A DNA stretch of 64,000 nucleotides from assembly GCA_023213395.1 (NCBI GenBank), contig CM041465.1, forward strand, positions 173,421,741 to 173,485,740. Reading direction: 5' to 3'. Origin of the DNA: Cycas panzhihuaensis (taxonomy: Eukaryota > Plantae > Cycadophyta). The notes below the pieces were generated by a model. It had not been told where the DNA came from. It saw nothing but the letters and a program-made list of their open reading frames with translations, and did not search any database. Shown piece by piece: positions 12,720-27,900 of the stretch (position 1 is the stretch's first letter; each line of letters starts with the position of its first letter). The position numbers were made by a program, and so were the translations under genes.

Positions 12720-15700
12720 GTACCTTAAATCTCCTTGTGTAGACCTTAGTTGTACCTCCCATTGATGAATAATTACTTGTAGAAATTTGATAAAGTGTTG
12801 ATAGACATAATAATCTCATTCTTCACTCCTCCTGTAATAGTATCCTCTCACTTACATGATGGCATGATGATTTGCCTCACACAAGACATGTTTATATATG
12901 AGAAAATCTTGAAGAAGTATTGTTTTAAACAAGATATGGAGGAGTCTTTTGTGTGAAATTTGTCTCTTTGATAACGAATAAGAAGGTATCTTATATGCAC
13001 AGATTTAAGAGTTGATTCATCACTTAAGCTAACTCAACTTTTATAGGTTATGTTGAGTGTTAATTTCCCTATTGTGATGTCTCTATGTGTATTAGAAAGA
13101 TAATTGTCCTTAATAAGTCTAGTTTCTATTATAAATGTGGTTATTTCTCATGTTGCTTCCTCAATTAGTATATTAGTCAATTTGACTAGGTATTCTTCTA
13201 TTTCATTATTTCTCAACTTCTTGGTTCTTATATCCAACATTTCAACTAGATAATTAGGAATTTGCTCAATTTGTTAAACATTAACATATATTAGTAAAGT
13301 ATTATTAAATCTTGATAATGCTTTCTTGAAAAAGCTAACATGGAATACTTAATGGATTTCTATGTGTGGGAATAATTACAACCTATATGCAATGCAACTT
13401 ATCTTTTCCACCACATGGAATGATTCATAGTATCATGGTGATAGTTTACTGCATTTTGCAATACACTTGTTTTATCTTTCAAGTACACTTTATCCCTAAC
13501 TTCAATAGTTCTTAGTGTTTTATTTTAATTAACATATAGGTTTTGTTCTTATTTATAATCTCTTAATAGTTCTCTTATATGAATCCAATTCTTATTGTAT
13601 CTCTTAAAACATCTTAAATGATACTTGTGATTTCCTTATATAAGTTTGCAAGTTTAGTTCAAGTCGGATTATGATATCATACCCATACGTAGCTCTGAAT
13701 GGTATCATCCCAATGAATGAATATTTGCTATTATTGTAAAAAAATTCCACATATTAGAGATTTTCTTTCTAAAATTTATGTTTAGTAACTATATGAGATC
13801 TTAATATATCTTCCATTATTTAGTTCATCCTTTTATCTATCCCTTAGTTCATGGGTTAACCCCGCTATTGAACTATAATTTGGTTTTTAATAATATGAGC
13901 AGTTTTTGCTAGACTTTACTTGTAAACTTTGCATTCATATCACTTACAATTGAGCTTGGATACCCAAATTCTAAAAGGTCTTCCTTGATTAATATTTAGG
14001 CTATTAATTTTTAGTAATAACTAAGATTTGATCATTTTATTTGTACATTCTCAACAATTTTATGGCAAAGTCCATTGGAATGCTATGTCATTTTCCTTTT
14101 GGTTTTGGGAGTGGCATTAATAATCTTCAAGTTTCTCCCTTTTTTCCTTATTTACTTGGCATGAATTACAATATTTTATATAATATACTATTTCTTTATT
14201 CATATTTTTTCTAACAAGCATATTGTTTAATTGCTACTATTGTTTAATCAATTTCAATATGAATTACAAACAATGCATCACGCAACTCATAAAGGATTTT
14301 TGTACTTGAGTTATGTTACATATGGTATGTCAATTCTTTTCCCTTTTCAAAGTCAATTGCACTTTACTTGAAAAATCCTTAAATGTTATTTCACTTGTTT
14401 GTAAGGATTCTTTGACCTCCTTATATTAAGGGTCATCTTTTTGTGCTTACAAAATACTCTCCTTTAAATTACATGTTATGACAAGGATGTTAAAGGCTAG
14501 TGGGATGCTTGAGAGTGTGTTGGCAACTAGGTTTTCTTTTATAGACTAATACATTAGTTGTTATGAATATTCTTAGAATAACATTATCCATTTAAATTGT
14601 CTTGATAATATTTCACCCTTAGTTAGAAAGTTTAGAAGAGGCTTGTGATTTGTAATTATCCCAAAGGTGTTTCCCTTTAAGTAGTGTTTCTATATCATTA
14701 TTGCATGTACCACTATTAGTAGTTCTTGATCAAAATTTTGGATTATCTATTTTATAGGATACATTATATGACTTTCATAGGCAAGGACTCTTCCACCTCA
14801 TATTAAAGCTACTCCATCAACAAACCCATTTGTATTTATATGTACTATATTACATTTTGGTAGATTTAGAAGTGTTAGTATTTGGTCTTTTATTCATTTG
14901 TCTTTCAAGGTTGAAAAACTTTCATGACATTTTTATATTTAGGCAATTCTTCTTCTTCTTCTTCTTTTTAATAGTTCTATAAGTAAATTAGCTATTTAAA
15001 AAAAAATTAAGTAATTCTTTTGTAAAATCTAGCTAACCCCAAGAAACTTTGTACTTTATGTACATTTTGTGGCATTTTCCACTCCTTGATAACTTGCTTC
15101 CTTTTTAGGTCTACTGTGATGCCCTTTGATGTGACTATATTTCCTAGATATTTAATTTCTTCCTTGAAAAGTCCATAGTTAGAAAGTTTTACATATAATT
15201 TTTCTTTTCTTAAAATATCTAGGATAATCTTTAGATGTTTAATAAACTCTTCTTTAATTTTATTAAAAACCAAAATATCATTAGGAAAAATAATCACAAT
15301 TTTATCCAGATACATTTAAAATATATTATATATTAATCTCATAAATGAAGTAAGGACATTCGTCAAACCAAATGGTATAATCGAGTACACATAATGTTCA
15401 CCTATTTTATTAATAATGATTTTTTTAATATCAATTTTGTGGATTCTAATATAATGATATACACTTCTTAGGTTTGTTTCCAAAGGTAAAACACCATCTT
15501 TTAATATATTTAAGAAATTGTCAATATTGGAGAAAGAGCCCTTAACCTTAATAGTTATGTTATTTAAGGTCCTCTAGTTTCCTTCTAATTTATATTTGCT
15601 CTTCATGACTTGATTAATATGGTGCTATACTTGTAGGTCATTATCCCTCTTCCAATAATATGTAATGATTTACTTCCTTTAGATAGGTAAGCCACTAAGT

Positions 15701-18700
15701 AGATTGCTAAGAAAGGTATCTAAATATTCATGAATTAGAGGTACATTACTATGTAAATTTAAAGTACCTTCATTATTTTTAGATTTGTCTCCTTATGCTA
15801 ATATAACATGATGCTAAAGGCTTTTATGTTATTTATATTAGTTATACTACAAATATCATTGGAATTCTCCTTAAATCTATCTCTAAAGTCACATCTTAAT
15901 TCCTTAATGGATGAAGTTGAGTATGTGGTTTCTTACTAAAATATGGACATCCAAGTCATGTAACCAAATTTATCCCAAAATAACATCATATTTGGCAATC
16001 TCAAGTATATTAAAATTGTAGGTATTGCAAGGCAACAAAGAGACAAAACCACAAAGAGACAAATGCGTCTAATGGTGAGCGTGATGTTAATAAATACTAT
16101 GATCTTTGTACTTCATGAAGATATAGGTAGGACCAAGGCTATGTTGGCATATGCCTCGAGGTTCACCACCGCTTAGTATTAACAAAGGATGAATAATATA
16201 ATAATGAGATGGTTAGACATGCCCTAATGTAGGTATTATCCTAACATTTCTCCTCTATACTATTTATTTGGGGAGACTCTAAGTCTATCTCTTAATTTAT
16301 TGAATTTTATTTTGTTGAGTGCCTTTGTGAAGATATCTACCACTTGATCCTCTATGTTGCTGTAGACTAATTTTAACTCTCCTTACCACACTAGTTCCCT
16401 AAGGAAGTGATGATGCATTTTAATGTGCTTAGCCCTAGCGTGAAACACTTAATTCCTAGTCATTTGAGTTATACTTTGATTATCACAAAATAATTATGTG
16501 GGATTGATTTATTTTTCTTATAAATCTTAAAGTAATCTCCTAAGCTAAATAGTCTCATAATCTCCTATTACAACTACCTTATACTCTACTTCTATAATAG
16601 AATGAGATACTGTTACCTATTTCTTTGAACTCCATACTACTATTGTTGAATCTAAATTGAATGCATAACCTAAAGTAGACTTCCTATCATGTACATAACC
16701 TGCCCAATTTAAATCTATATAGCTAATTAACTCATGATGACCTAATGACCTATAATATAGTCCACACCTAATAGTGCTACAAAGATATTTAAGAATTCTT
16801 TTGGCTATTTGCCAATGTTTTATCTTAGGCTTATGCATAAACTTGGAAACTACACTGACTACATACACAATATCTGGTTGAGTTGAATTTATATAAATAA
16901 GGTTTCCAATCAACTACTTGTAAATAGTAGGGTCAATTGATTTAAACTCCTTAAACTTAAATAGTTTTAACCCAACTTCTATTGGTGTTATAAGTGGCTT
17001 GTAACTATTTATATGAAATTTATGCAATATATCCAATATATATTTCCTTTGTGATACAAATATTTCCTTTTTTCCCTACCATACACTAATGCTTATGAAA
17101 TAATACATGAGTCCCAAATTTATCATTTCAAATTCCTTATATATATTTGTCTTAAATTTTTAGGACAAGAAGTCATAATTTATAGTACACAAAGGTCATC
17201 AATGTATAAGCCTATAATCAATATTAAAATTTCTTCCAACTTAATGCACAAGTTAGGGTCTAACTGGCTCCTTAGGAACCCTTTATTCTTGAAGTATTTA
17301 TCAATCATAGAATACCATGCTTTGAGTACTTGTTTAAATCCATACAAGGCCTTTTTAAGTTTATGGACCTTGTCTTCCTTATCTTTTATTTCATAACCTT
17401 TAGGTTGTTAGACATATATTTTCTCATCAATGTATCCATTCAAGAAGGCACTCTTCACATCCATCTAATAGATTATCCAACCATATGGTATAGCTAAGGC
17501 CACAATTAATATGACTGTTTTCAATCTTGCCACAGGTGCAAATGTTTCATTATAGCCAATTCCTTTAATTTGAGCATAGTCATTTGCAATTGGTTAGGCC
17601 TTATACCTATCGATTGAATTATTAGAATTATGATTGGTCTTATGACGTATTTTATTCCAATGGTATTTTTTCTTAGTGGCAAATCAACTAACTCCCAAGT
17701 ATTATTCTTCACTAAAGCACTATACTCTTCTTTTATTTCTACCTTCCATTTATCTTGAATATATACCTCTTTAAAGTTTAAAGGTTCATTTGATTCCATG
17801 ACTTATGTCATTAATATAAAATTTAGCCTTTGAGATATAGTTGTCCTTTCAAAGTTTGTGTCTAAGATATCTTCAGGGGTATTACCCCTTTACACCCATT
17901 TTAAAACTTTTTAATTTGAAGTGGATGGTCCTGCTCCAATTGTATTAGTTGACATAGGTATATTTATATCATTTATGTTGGGTTCTACATTAACTATTAT
18001 GTTTTTGCCTTTCTCTTCCTTAATAATATCATTTTGATAAAATCCAACTTTATTGAAGATGATATCCCTACTTATGATGATCTTTTTACCCTTAAGATCA
18101 TATAATTTATAAAATTATGATGTATAACTTTATCTTATAAATATGTATTTAGTGCTGTTATCATTCAACTTAGCTCTTTTCTATTATGGAATATGTACAT
18201 ATTCTATGTATCTAAATGCCCTTACGTATTTGATGTTAAGCTTATGTCCTGTCCAAGCCTCTTTAAGTGTGACCTATTTAATTACTTTGGTTATACATTT
18301 ATTTAATAAGTAAACAATTATACAAATAACTTTTGTCTAAAACTCATTGTCAAGATGCTTATCCTTAATCATATTCCTTACCATCTCAATAATTATCCTA
18401 TTTTTCCTTTCTACTACCCTATTTTATTAAGGGGTGTAAGGATTAATTAATTGTTTTCTTATTCCATAATATCTACAATAGTATTTAAATTTATTTAAAA
18501 TGAATTCTCCTTTATTATCTGATCTAAGGGTTAATATTTTATGGCCACTTTATTTTTTAATCATCATCCTTAAGTCCATAAAGTATTGAAATGCTTTTAA
18601 TTTAAACTTGAGAAAATATACCTAAGTCATCCTTGTGAAGTCATTAATAAATATTATGAGGTATTTAGCATATTCAAAAGATGGTACATCCATTAATCCA

Positions 18701-21700
18701 TATAAATCTATGTATACTAGTTGTAGTATCCCATTTACTCTATAACTATTATTTGAGAATCCTTTCTTTTGTTGTTTGCCTGATATACATTATTCACAAA
18801 CCTCTTTATTATATACAATGTTGGGTAGGCCAGTTATCATTTCTATTTTCTTCATTAATGCTAAGTTATTATAGTTCACATGGCCAAATCCTTAATGCCA
18901 TATCTCATTATCCACATCAATTGATACCTTTAAAACATAATAATCATTTGGGGATATGACTAACTCAAATAATCTATCACTCGTTACTTAACTCTTAACA
19001 ATTATTGCTTTATTCTTTAACTTGTCATTAATTATCCACTCCCTATCACTAAAGATAACTTCATACTTTCACTTCATCATTTATCTAACTGATAGTAAGT
19101 TCTTTTTTACTGTAGGGACATGAAGTACATCATTGATGTACTTAGTCTCTCCATAATCTATTTGGATGGACACATTTCCTTTATATATTACTGCTTGAGT
19201 AGTGTTATCTTCAAACATGATTTTGCTTGTTTGAGAATTGTTTAACTCCTTAAACTATTCCTTCATATAAATTATGTGGGTGGAGCAACCTAAGTCAATG
19301 TACCAACTATCACATTCTTCATTAACTATTAGACTGGATAGAAAAAGTCTTTTATTTTTCTTGATTTTTCAACTATTATATTTGCTGCTCCTCTTTATAT
19401 ATTAGGCCTTTTTAAGAAGCAATTATTTTCTAAATGTCTATTTCTATGGCAATACGAACATTATATTATTCCTCTTCCTCTACTTCTAGGACTTCTTTCT
19501 TTTTGTCTTTGATTTTTTCCCCTTGGATTTTACCCTCTACCTTTATAGTTTTGAGGTCCACAATCTTGCTTTTGGTTTACAAAATCTTTTCCTTATTCTT
19601 GATTAAATTAGCCTTGACTTCCATAAGCTTGTCTTTGATAAAATTATCTTTAACTTTGATGAAATTGCCCTTGGTGAAATTGTCTTTGATTTTTATAATT
19701 TTGACTCCTACCTTTAGGAGATTGACATCTTCCTCTATAACTTTGGCTTTCATAAGATGACCTAATCTTTATCTTAATGGTAAATGTATGTTCTAAGGAC
19801 TCAACACCATTTTTCTTTTCTTCAACAACTAACAACATGGCCCCAAGTTGATTAACCTTATGTGTAGTAAGGTCCTTAGAGACTTCAATGCTTTTGACTA
19901 CTATTTTAAATCTCTTAAGCTCACCAACACCCCTTAGAATATTTTCTACCACTTTTTATTTACTAATATTTTCTTCTAAGACTCTCATTTGATTAACTAT
20001 GCATTGTATCTTAGTTATGGAGTCCTTGATCCTAAGGGATGTGAATATGTGAATAGCCATAGTGATTAGGCTTTGATCCTGATTCATCATTAATTTCTTC
20101 TTTGTTGTCCATTCGATAGTTTTTAAATCTTGTCCTTAATGCTTGAAGTTTTATTGTAGCAACACCTTCGTAGGCTGTCTTCAAAGCATCTCATGTTTCC
20201 TTTGATATAATCGCCTCTCTTACTCTTATGAAAATGTGGTTCTCCAAAGTGCTAAAGGTAAATGTCGAAGTCTTATTATCCTTCATTTCATTCTCTTAGA
20301 AAGTCTTCTTCTCATTTACAACAATATTTGGATAAAGTGCATTATAGTCATTTACAATTAATTCCCATATATCTTTTAAGACAAGGATTAGCTTTATTCT
20401 TCAACTCCAAAAAGTAAAACAATCTTTGATGAAAGAGCAAGAGTATGCTAAATAAGGTCAAAGAAACCCCTCGAGCACAAGTCAAATTGTCTCTTTTCAA
20501 CTTTGAGAATGCACAAAGTATCTCAATTGGGACTTAACCACCTCCACAATAAAGGTTTTGTATTACTTTGAGCTTATAAAGTTTTGTTTATAGGGTCAAT
20601 TCACAGGAAGTCCATAAAACTTGTATCAAAATTAATATTAAAACAATATATTAAATAATATTAAATATATCTAAATAACTACCATTTTGTAAATAATTGA
20701 ATCAAAGATCCAATACTTCAAATGGAACCTAAGGAGGTCTAATTTTTAATTAAACTCTTTAGTGTATAAACTATTATAAAAATATTGCATTAAAATGGGC
20801 CATAATGTACAAATCCATTATATGAGTTTAACCATTTAAGCGAATAAAAGTGTAAATCTTACTAAAGTTGAGATATGAAAATGGACTCGTCATATGACAA
20901 TTATGCTTGCTAAAAAATAGAAACAGGTACATGTGACCTCTAGGTTGATTGTCAAGAGAGTGACAAGCTAGTGAGTATGAAAAATAGTTAACATTTTAAA
21001 TTATTAATATTAAATCATTTCAAATTATTAACAATCGCGCTAGCCAAGGAGGCAGACCTCCCTTCGCCAATGTGGATTAAGAATTAGACATACATATACA
21101 CTTGGATAATGACCAACCGAGAGATTTGCTGGACAAAAGTAGTGATTGACAAATTGAGAAGTTATGTAAGAGTAAGTGCTTCAAATGGAAAAGTCAAAAA
21201 AAAAAAAAAAACAACCAAAGCTCGCCGCACAAACTCCCGTATTTGCTAGTCAAAAAATTAGACAGAGACGAAACACACAGCCACACATACGAACGTAAGG
21301 CATAGATTAAGTATTCGCTGGTCAAAAATACTGATTTGATGCTAATGTAGATGTCTAAGGACGAACGCGGACATTGGAATAAAACTGCCTAACATTTGAC
21401 TTTGAATCCCGGTGATGGCAATCTGAATTGGAAGTGCAAGCATGCGGACTCGACGAAATGCACCAAACGAGACTGCACCACACGATGGCAATACACCAGA
21501 TACACAATACACTACATGGATAGATATACTCCAGACATAGATCTAGTGTGATGAATTGAGATGGAATGCAAACGAGAATCGAACTGGCGTAGATATGTTT
21601 CCCAGCGCGAGCAGGGTGCATGAATGTATGTCTTAACCAGTCACACGACAGGTCACTTGTGTTGCTAAGCCGAAGGACGCCACAAGATAGCGACCAAATT

Positions 21701-24027
21701 ACAATATGCAATATATTGTGTGAGGACACAATCAATCAAAGTGCAGGCATCTAACGAACGGACACAAACAGACTTGTAAGTTTTCAAATTCGAACTCGAT
21801 GCCAATATTTAACCCTTCAGACAGCCTCAGACACATTCATAGATGCTCTCATATACGATTGGAACAAAGTCGCCCGCGTTCAAGGCACAAATATTTAGTA
21901 GATAGAAATATACCAATAACAAATATCCAACACATAACATGCATGTAACTTCCAACAATCACCCACATAAACATAAGAATGCCTAAACATACATTCCGTT
22001 GAAGGATATACACTAAATTGCACGAAGACATGAGAGGTTGAGGAGCACTATAGCTTAGATATTAAATGTAGGTATCCTAAAGCAACAACAAGGGACGAAA
22101 GTACAAAAAGACATATGCATCCAATGGCGAGGGTGATGTTAACGAATATTAGGGTGTTTAGACTCGATGAAGATATAAGTAAGACCAAAGGTGTGTTAGC
22201 ACACGCTTTAAAGTCCATCATTGTTTACCATACTCTAAATAATCTACCAATGAGATAGTCAAGACATGCTTCAATGTGGACATTATTCTAACAAAAATCT
22301 ATCTTATCTTGATAGGTTTTGATATTGATTGGTATTTGTAAAAATTATCGATGCTAAATCCATTTATCTCGACCATTTAAAAATTTTACTTGATATTTAT
22401 ATTTGGTAGGCATAGTGGGTAAATTAAACTTTTTGTAGAAATTGGTGGAAATGAATTTGTGAGAACAAACATTATCAATTAAAATCATTACTTCCACTTC
22501 ATTCAATTGTCTTCTTATTAGAAAGACGTTAGTATTTATGAATTCATCCCCATAGACCACTTTATTAGTCTTTTTGAAAATGACCTCCTTTTGTAATCTT
22601 GATAACCCATACTATGTAGTTCACTTTTGGTTGAGATTACTTGTATGGATTATTTAATGTGTTACCCTTATATTCTTTTAGTGGTACTTGATATTGCAAG
22701 ATGGCATGCCCTAGTTTCCCACATTAGAAACATTAAATTGGATTTCTTTTTTGTGCTTGACCTTTTTTTTAAATTTTTATTTCCTTAATAAAATTTCAAA
22801 AATGCCTTTCAACAGTTAATTCTTTTGTTGACTATGTAGCAGTTTTGTTTGCTTTGAAAATTTCATTTTAATTATCTACTAATACTTTGAGCCAATTATG
22901 ACTATAGTGCTTTAGAGCTTGTCTTGTCTAGAGTGGTTGGCTTAGTGATAACAATTATATTCTTGATACAATCTTGTAGACCTTAAATGCAATGTTGTAC
23001 CCTTTAATCCACAAGTATGTTAGGAATCCTTGGGGAAAATGTTTCCATTGCTACATTATATTTTTTGACATTTGTTGTTTGTCCTGTAAACTATAATATT
23101 TTCAAGGCATTTTCTTGATTGGTTGAGGAGGTAAAGCATTTATTCAATATTTCTTTTATTTCTCCCTAATGGTTAATTGGCGGCCCTTAGCTTGAATAAT
23201 CTTTTGCACAAATAGTTATCCATCATGTGTTCCTTGACTTAAAGATAAATTAAACTAGTTGAATCTTATTTTTGATGCTACTGTTGAATGCCATAAAGTA
23301 GTTTTCTACTATTAGGGTTTAAGACATAACCACATCTTTTGCACTATTAAAACCAAGAATTATGATGTTTTTGAGTTTCTTCTATCTTGTAATCTCTCCC
23401 ATTCCTCATTGCTTTTGGTGGGTGATCAGAATCTGATGTGGAGGAGGAAGGTGCAAGAAGATTTGAATGTCATGCTATAACTTCTTTATCATTTTTATGT
23501 TTTTTTGCAAAAACCTCAATTGTTTTCCTCCTTTAATTCTTATCCAATATTTTTGTAGAATTTGGATTTCTCTTCTTGAACTAATGATTCAACTAAAAGT
23601 TCATTAATATATTATTTAATTTGTTCTTGGTCTTAAACATACTCTTGTGCACATTCCTTAAAAAAAATCATGAAGTCATCAACTTCTTCATCGAATTGTT
23701 TAAAGTCCCATATTTGAGTTTACACTTGATTTATTTTGTCTGGTAATTCTTTGATTAATGTTTGTTGATGATTAAATAAGGCTTGTAAATGTAGGGCCTG
23801 ATTCTACATTGTTATATCACATGGAGTTCCTTAGGTTGGAGGCTTATGAATTGATTAAGACATTGATTGCTTTTGGGTGGGACCTCCTTTGGAGGAGGTG
23901 TTTTTTGGAGCTGTCTCCCAAGTTAAGACTTTTGTTGGGGGCTTTGTAAGTACCCTAGTATAAGCCTTAGTGGAAGTCTTTATTGATTGTTGTGTAACAT
24001 CCTCATTTCCCTCTTACTTAATACCAC
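12720..24027 (-). mobile_element. Old Ty3/Gypsy (chromovirus-like) internal region, interrupted by a Copia at 16017-22293
   Basis: PBS remnant (ttaatacca, 24018-24026). Gag and protease remnants at 22299-23900 (ILIDNVCSHKFIS). RT remnant at 15007-15315 (IIFPNDILVF, HLKIILDILRKEKLY, VQSFLGLARFY). RNase H and integrase remnants at about 13300-14900, and VFHVS/chromodomain-like remnants at about 13150-13370. Confidence 0.8.
16017..22293 (-). mobile_element. Old Ty1/Copia element inserted into the Gypsy protease region
   Basis: LTRs at 16017-16246 and 22067-22293 (TGTAGGTA...CTAACA). TSD AAAAT at 16012-16016 and 22294-22298. PPT at 16247-16256, degenerate PBS at about 22053-22064. Remnants EPLNFKE..NNTWELVDLP (RT) and DLNWAG..DRKST..WSSKK (RNase H). 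Confidence 0.9.
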
Positions 24028-24468
24028 TATCAAGAACCTCATCCCCCATATCCTAAAATATACTAGTTCTAATTATGGAACTTTTAGTAGTAAACATAAA
24101 GAGGTAGAATGTAAGTCTTGTATTTATGTGTAGAATAAGAAATCATTGTATGGTACTAACTCCATTGTTAGACATTCTTATATACATTGTCCTTAGCCCA
24201 AGTCTAGAACTACATTAGGCACATCTACTCTCTATAATGCCTATCTCTACGATGGTGCTCCCATATACTAAATATAGGAATGGTGTCTAAAATTTATTAT
24301 TTAATATAAAAACATCTCTTCTTGAGTAATGCCTCCTTAGGTGCATTAGAATCTATCCCTCATAAATAGGTTGTTCTCTCTATCACAAAAAAGAAAAAAG
24401 AAAAAAAAGAGACAATACTAATGAGCTCTTTAACTCTTAGTGATACTTATACTATTGGATTTGTGACA
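24028..24468 (-). mobile_element. 5' LTR of the old Gypsy element
   Basis: Adjacent to the PBS remnant, ends ..gtgaca (TG on minus), and is homologous to the split LTR at 4238-11090. No matching TSD found, so pairing with that LTR is uncertain. Confidence 0.7.
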
Positions 24469-24473
24469 ACAAC

Positions 24474-24926
24474 TATGAGGAGGTTAAAATTTTGGACCTC
24501 TTTTGGCGCAATTTCCCCCACCAACTTTTCCTCGGGGGGATTCAACGGGGGCATCAATAGCCCCCAAAGCAAAAAGCTAGGGTTCAAACCCTATTAATTT
24601 GTAAAGAGAATCTAAGCCGTTTATAAAAAAGATTTAGATATGATGGTTACGATTGATATAATGTACCTTCCTATGTAACCTGATTTAGGATAATTGTGTC
24701 ATATTGTATTATATTACATCACATTATAAGTGGGCCATTGTTGGTTGTTATTGCTGTAAGAATTCTGTGGCGACTGTATGTACAAATCTTTCATTCTTGA
24801 CTAATAAAGATCGATACCTTTCTTATGTGGATGTTTTCCTAGCACTCAGCTAGGGTTTTACCATGTTATATCTGATGCACTTAGTAATGTATATATTTTC
24901 GTGTGTATTTATGATAATAATGTTCA
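24474..24926 (+). mobile_element. LTR fragment (3' part) of an unrelated element
   Basis: TATA-like ttataaaaa, aataaa, U5-like ggatgttttcc..gggttttacc, and ends tgttca. It truncates the first TR-GAG-like copy. Confidence 0.45.
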
Positions 24927-27900
24927 AAGAAGAAGGTATTTATGATAAATAATAATGAAGTGGAAATACCAAACAAGAACAGGAAGAAGTAACCTAGATC
25001 TAAGAGGAGAAAGCAGATGTAGATGAACTTTTAGAAGTTGATACTGAGAATATCCAAATTTTGCTACAAGCCATAATGGAACAAAGTGTTACACCCCAAA
25101 CCCTTAGATTTTAAGGGATGATTAAAGGTGCTACAGGCACCATACTTGTGGATAGTGACAATGCTCACAACTTCATTAATAGGGCCACAACAAAGAAGTT
25201 AGGACTAAAAATACAATCTTCGAATATATTTCAAGTATCCATAGGAAATGGAAAATCCACTCCTTGTGGAGGCTACTGTCAGAAGATGAATCTCTAAATC
25301 GGAGACTATTCACTAAATGCATGTATGTTGGTGATGCCTATGGGAGTAGTAGACACAATCTGGGGAATTTAATGGTTACAAACCTTGGGTAATATAGTTA
25401 CCAACTGTATGACCTAATTCATATGCTTCCATAAAAAAAAGGCATAAATACAGACTGCACACATCACCCACACCTTTAATACAACTGATATCTTCGCATC
25501 GCATAGAAAAGACATTGAAGAAGAATCCATTTATATACATATTGACTTGTTACAAGATAACGATAGAAGATGTACCAATTGGGATACAAAAGATCATAGA
25601 TGAGAATAGAGTAGTATTCGAAGAACTCAATGGACTTCCCCTGCAACGGGATTATCAACACTCCATTGAGTTAGTACCTAGAGCAACCCCAGTAAATATC
25701 TGACCCTATAAACACCCTTATCGTCTGAAGAGAGAAATTGGAAATATCATAAGGGAATTACTAAGTTAAGGATAGATCGCAACTAGTTTAGGCCCATTTG
25801 CATCACCAGTTATAGTTAATCTCAAAAAGGATAGATCATATCAGACGTGTGTAAATTACCGAGGGTTGAACAAATTAATGGTGAAGAATCGTTATCCTAT
25901 TCTATGGATAGATGATTTATTAAACAAACTATATGGAACACAATATTTCTCTAAAATCGACTTGCGATCAAGGTATTATCAGATTCACATCAAAGAGAAA
26001 GAAGGGAAGATCATCTTTGAACCACAGGGGATTTTACAGATAAGAATAAAAGAATTACAGTCCACAAAGCTCAAAGAATACTTCATTAAGTGGAAAACTT
26101 TAAATTTAAATGACACAACGTGAGAATCAGAAGAATGGGTACAACAACACTCAAATTTACTAATGCTTTGAGGGCAAAGCATGTTTTGAAGGAGAGGGAC
26201 TTATAGCATCCCAAAATATGGTCAAAATTATACTATGTGACCATTCAAATTGAAGGTCTCTGAATCAAGATTCCAATGGTTTAGACAAAAGTCAATTTTG
26301 ACATCTGTAACCAAAATTATGATCGTTTGAAGATTTTAGCCTACTAGTTTTTATGAAATGTTTTGGCCAACTCTGAATTTTGGTTTTGGGCGGGTTTACA
26401 CCCCTTTTTTGGCAAACTTATATTAGTATCTTTAGTCATATATTTAAGGAGAATTTAGGGCATCATTTGAGCATCTTAGAGTTGAGTTTGGTCTACTATA
26501 AATTCAGCGTAAGGCTGCTATTTACTCGCCCTTAAGGCTGAACTATTTGGAGGGAACCTCACCTCAAAGAGGGTAGCGATGGTAAGAGCATTTTGGCATC
26601 TATATCATTTGGTTTCCAGTCCTTCTCTAAAGGTATACATCGATGCCCTTGCAAATAGATTTTATCAATATTTTGGAAGCATTATTTTCCTTGTTCTAGC
26701 TCTTTTCATCTCTAATTTGTGTCAAGAGTTCTAACATATGTAATTAGAGCACTTTATACTTGCAATAGAGTTGTTGCTTTTAAAAGATTTTCTCAAGAGA
26801 TTTTAGGACAAGCAAAAGTTGTTGTTTCAAGTGGTATTAGAGCTTCGTTTCAAAGCTTGAATTTGAAGATAATCTGTAAAAATTTAGCCCTAATTTTCTC
26901 TTCCCCAAGGACGAAACTAAGATCAAGAAAAAGTCTCATCTCTAACAAGATGGCGAACCACTAATCGACAGTAACAAAAGAAGAAGGAAGCAAGATAGAA
27001 GAAGTACTATCCCACTTATCGTCGGAGCTTATCACTTCTATGAGAAGCATTCAAACTTTGTTTGGAACTTTAAATAAGAGGTTGGATCTACATGAGGGAG
27101 AGTCATTAATGGAGAAACACCAAGAAATGGAAGAAATCACTGAAGAATTTTCAAATGAAGATAATCAGGGAAACAAACAACAAAAGAATTTAAGGAGATT
27201 TAGGGGTTTTACTTACAAACGACAGAATCAAAAGAGTTTCCAATTAGATCAGAGTCTTAGGGGAACCAAATTTATATTAGAAAAATTTGATTGAGAAAGA
27301 TCAAGGAACCTGTAGAGTTGGTTATTACAAATGGAAACATACTTCTAAGTGTATGAACTATTAAATAAGGAAAAGATATCGATAACATCTCTACACTTGT
27401 ATAGAAGGGCATTATAATGGTTTTATTGGTGGCGAAAGAACAATTTGGGCCATCCAAAATCATTGGACTATCTTAAGGCAAGACTAATAAAATAGTATGA
27501 AGATTCTTAAAACATCGACTATTTCGCTTAGTTAATAAGATTACAACAAAACGAATTAGTCCAAGAATACATCGAGCAATTTTAGATGCTTCAGTGTCTA
27601 ATGCTAGAATAAATACCAACTGAATACATTTTCAAGACATACATCAATGGACTAAAGGGAACAAAAAGATTTTGCATTAAGAATATGAATTCCTCAAATA
27701 TTTATGAGGCAATTTGATATATGAAGAACATAGAAGCAAAATTCAAGAGTGAATAGGTCTATCTATATACACAAAACTGAATCATATCAGCAATAAGAAT
27801 CTAATCCAAATGGGACCAGATCAGGTATAAAAGTAAACCCACCAGTGGTAATAAAAGAAACAAACCAAATAAGTAAAGTCAAACATCTCAAAAGGGGGGG

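Noticed and set aside
4238-24468. Single intact Gypsy element bounded by the two homologous LTRs
   Set aside because: Flanks do not match (gggtt vs acaac) and the LTR ends diverge. They are the same family, but a single insertion is not demonstrated.
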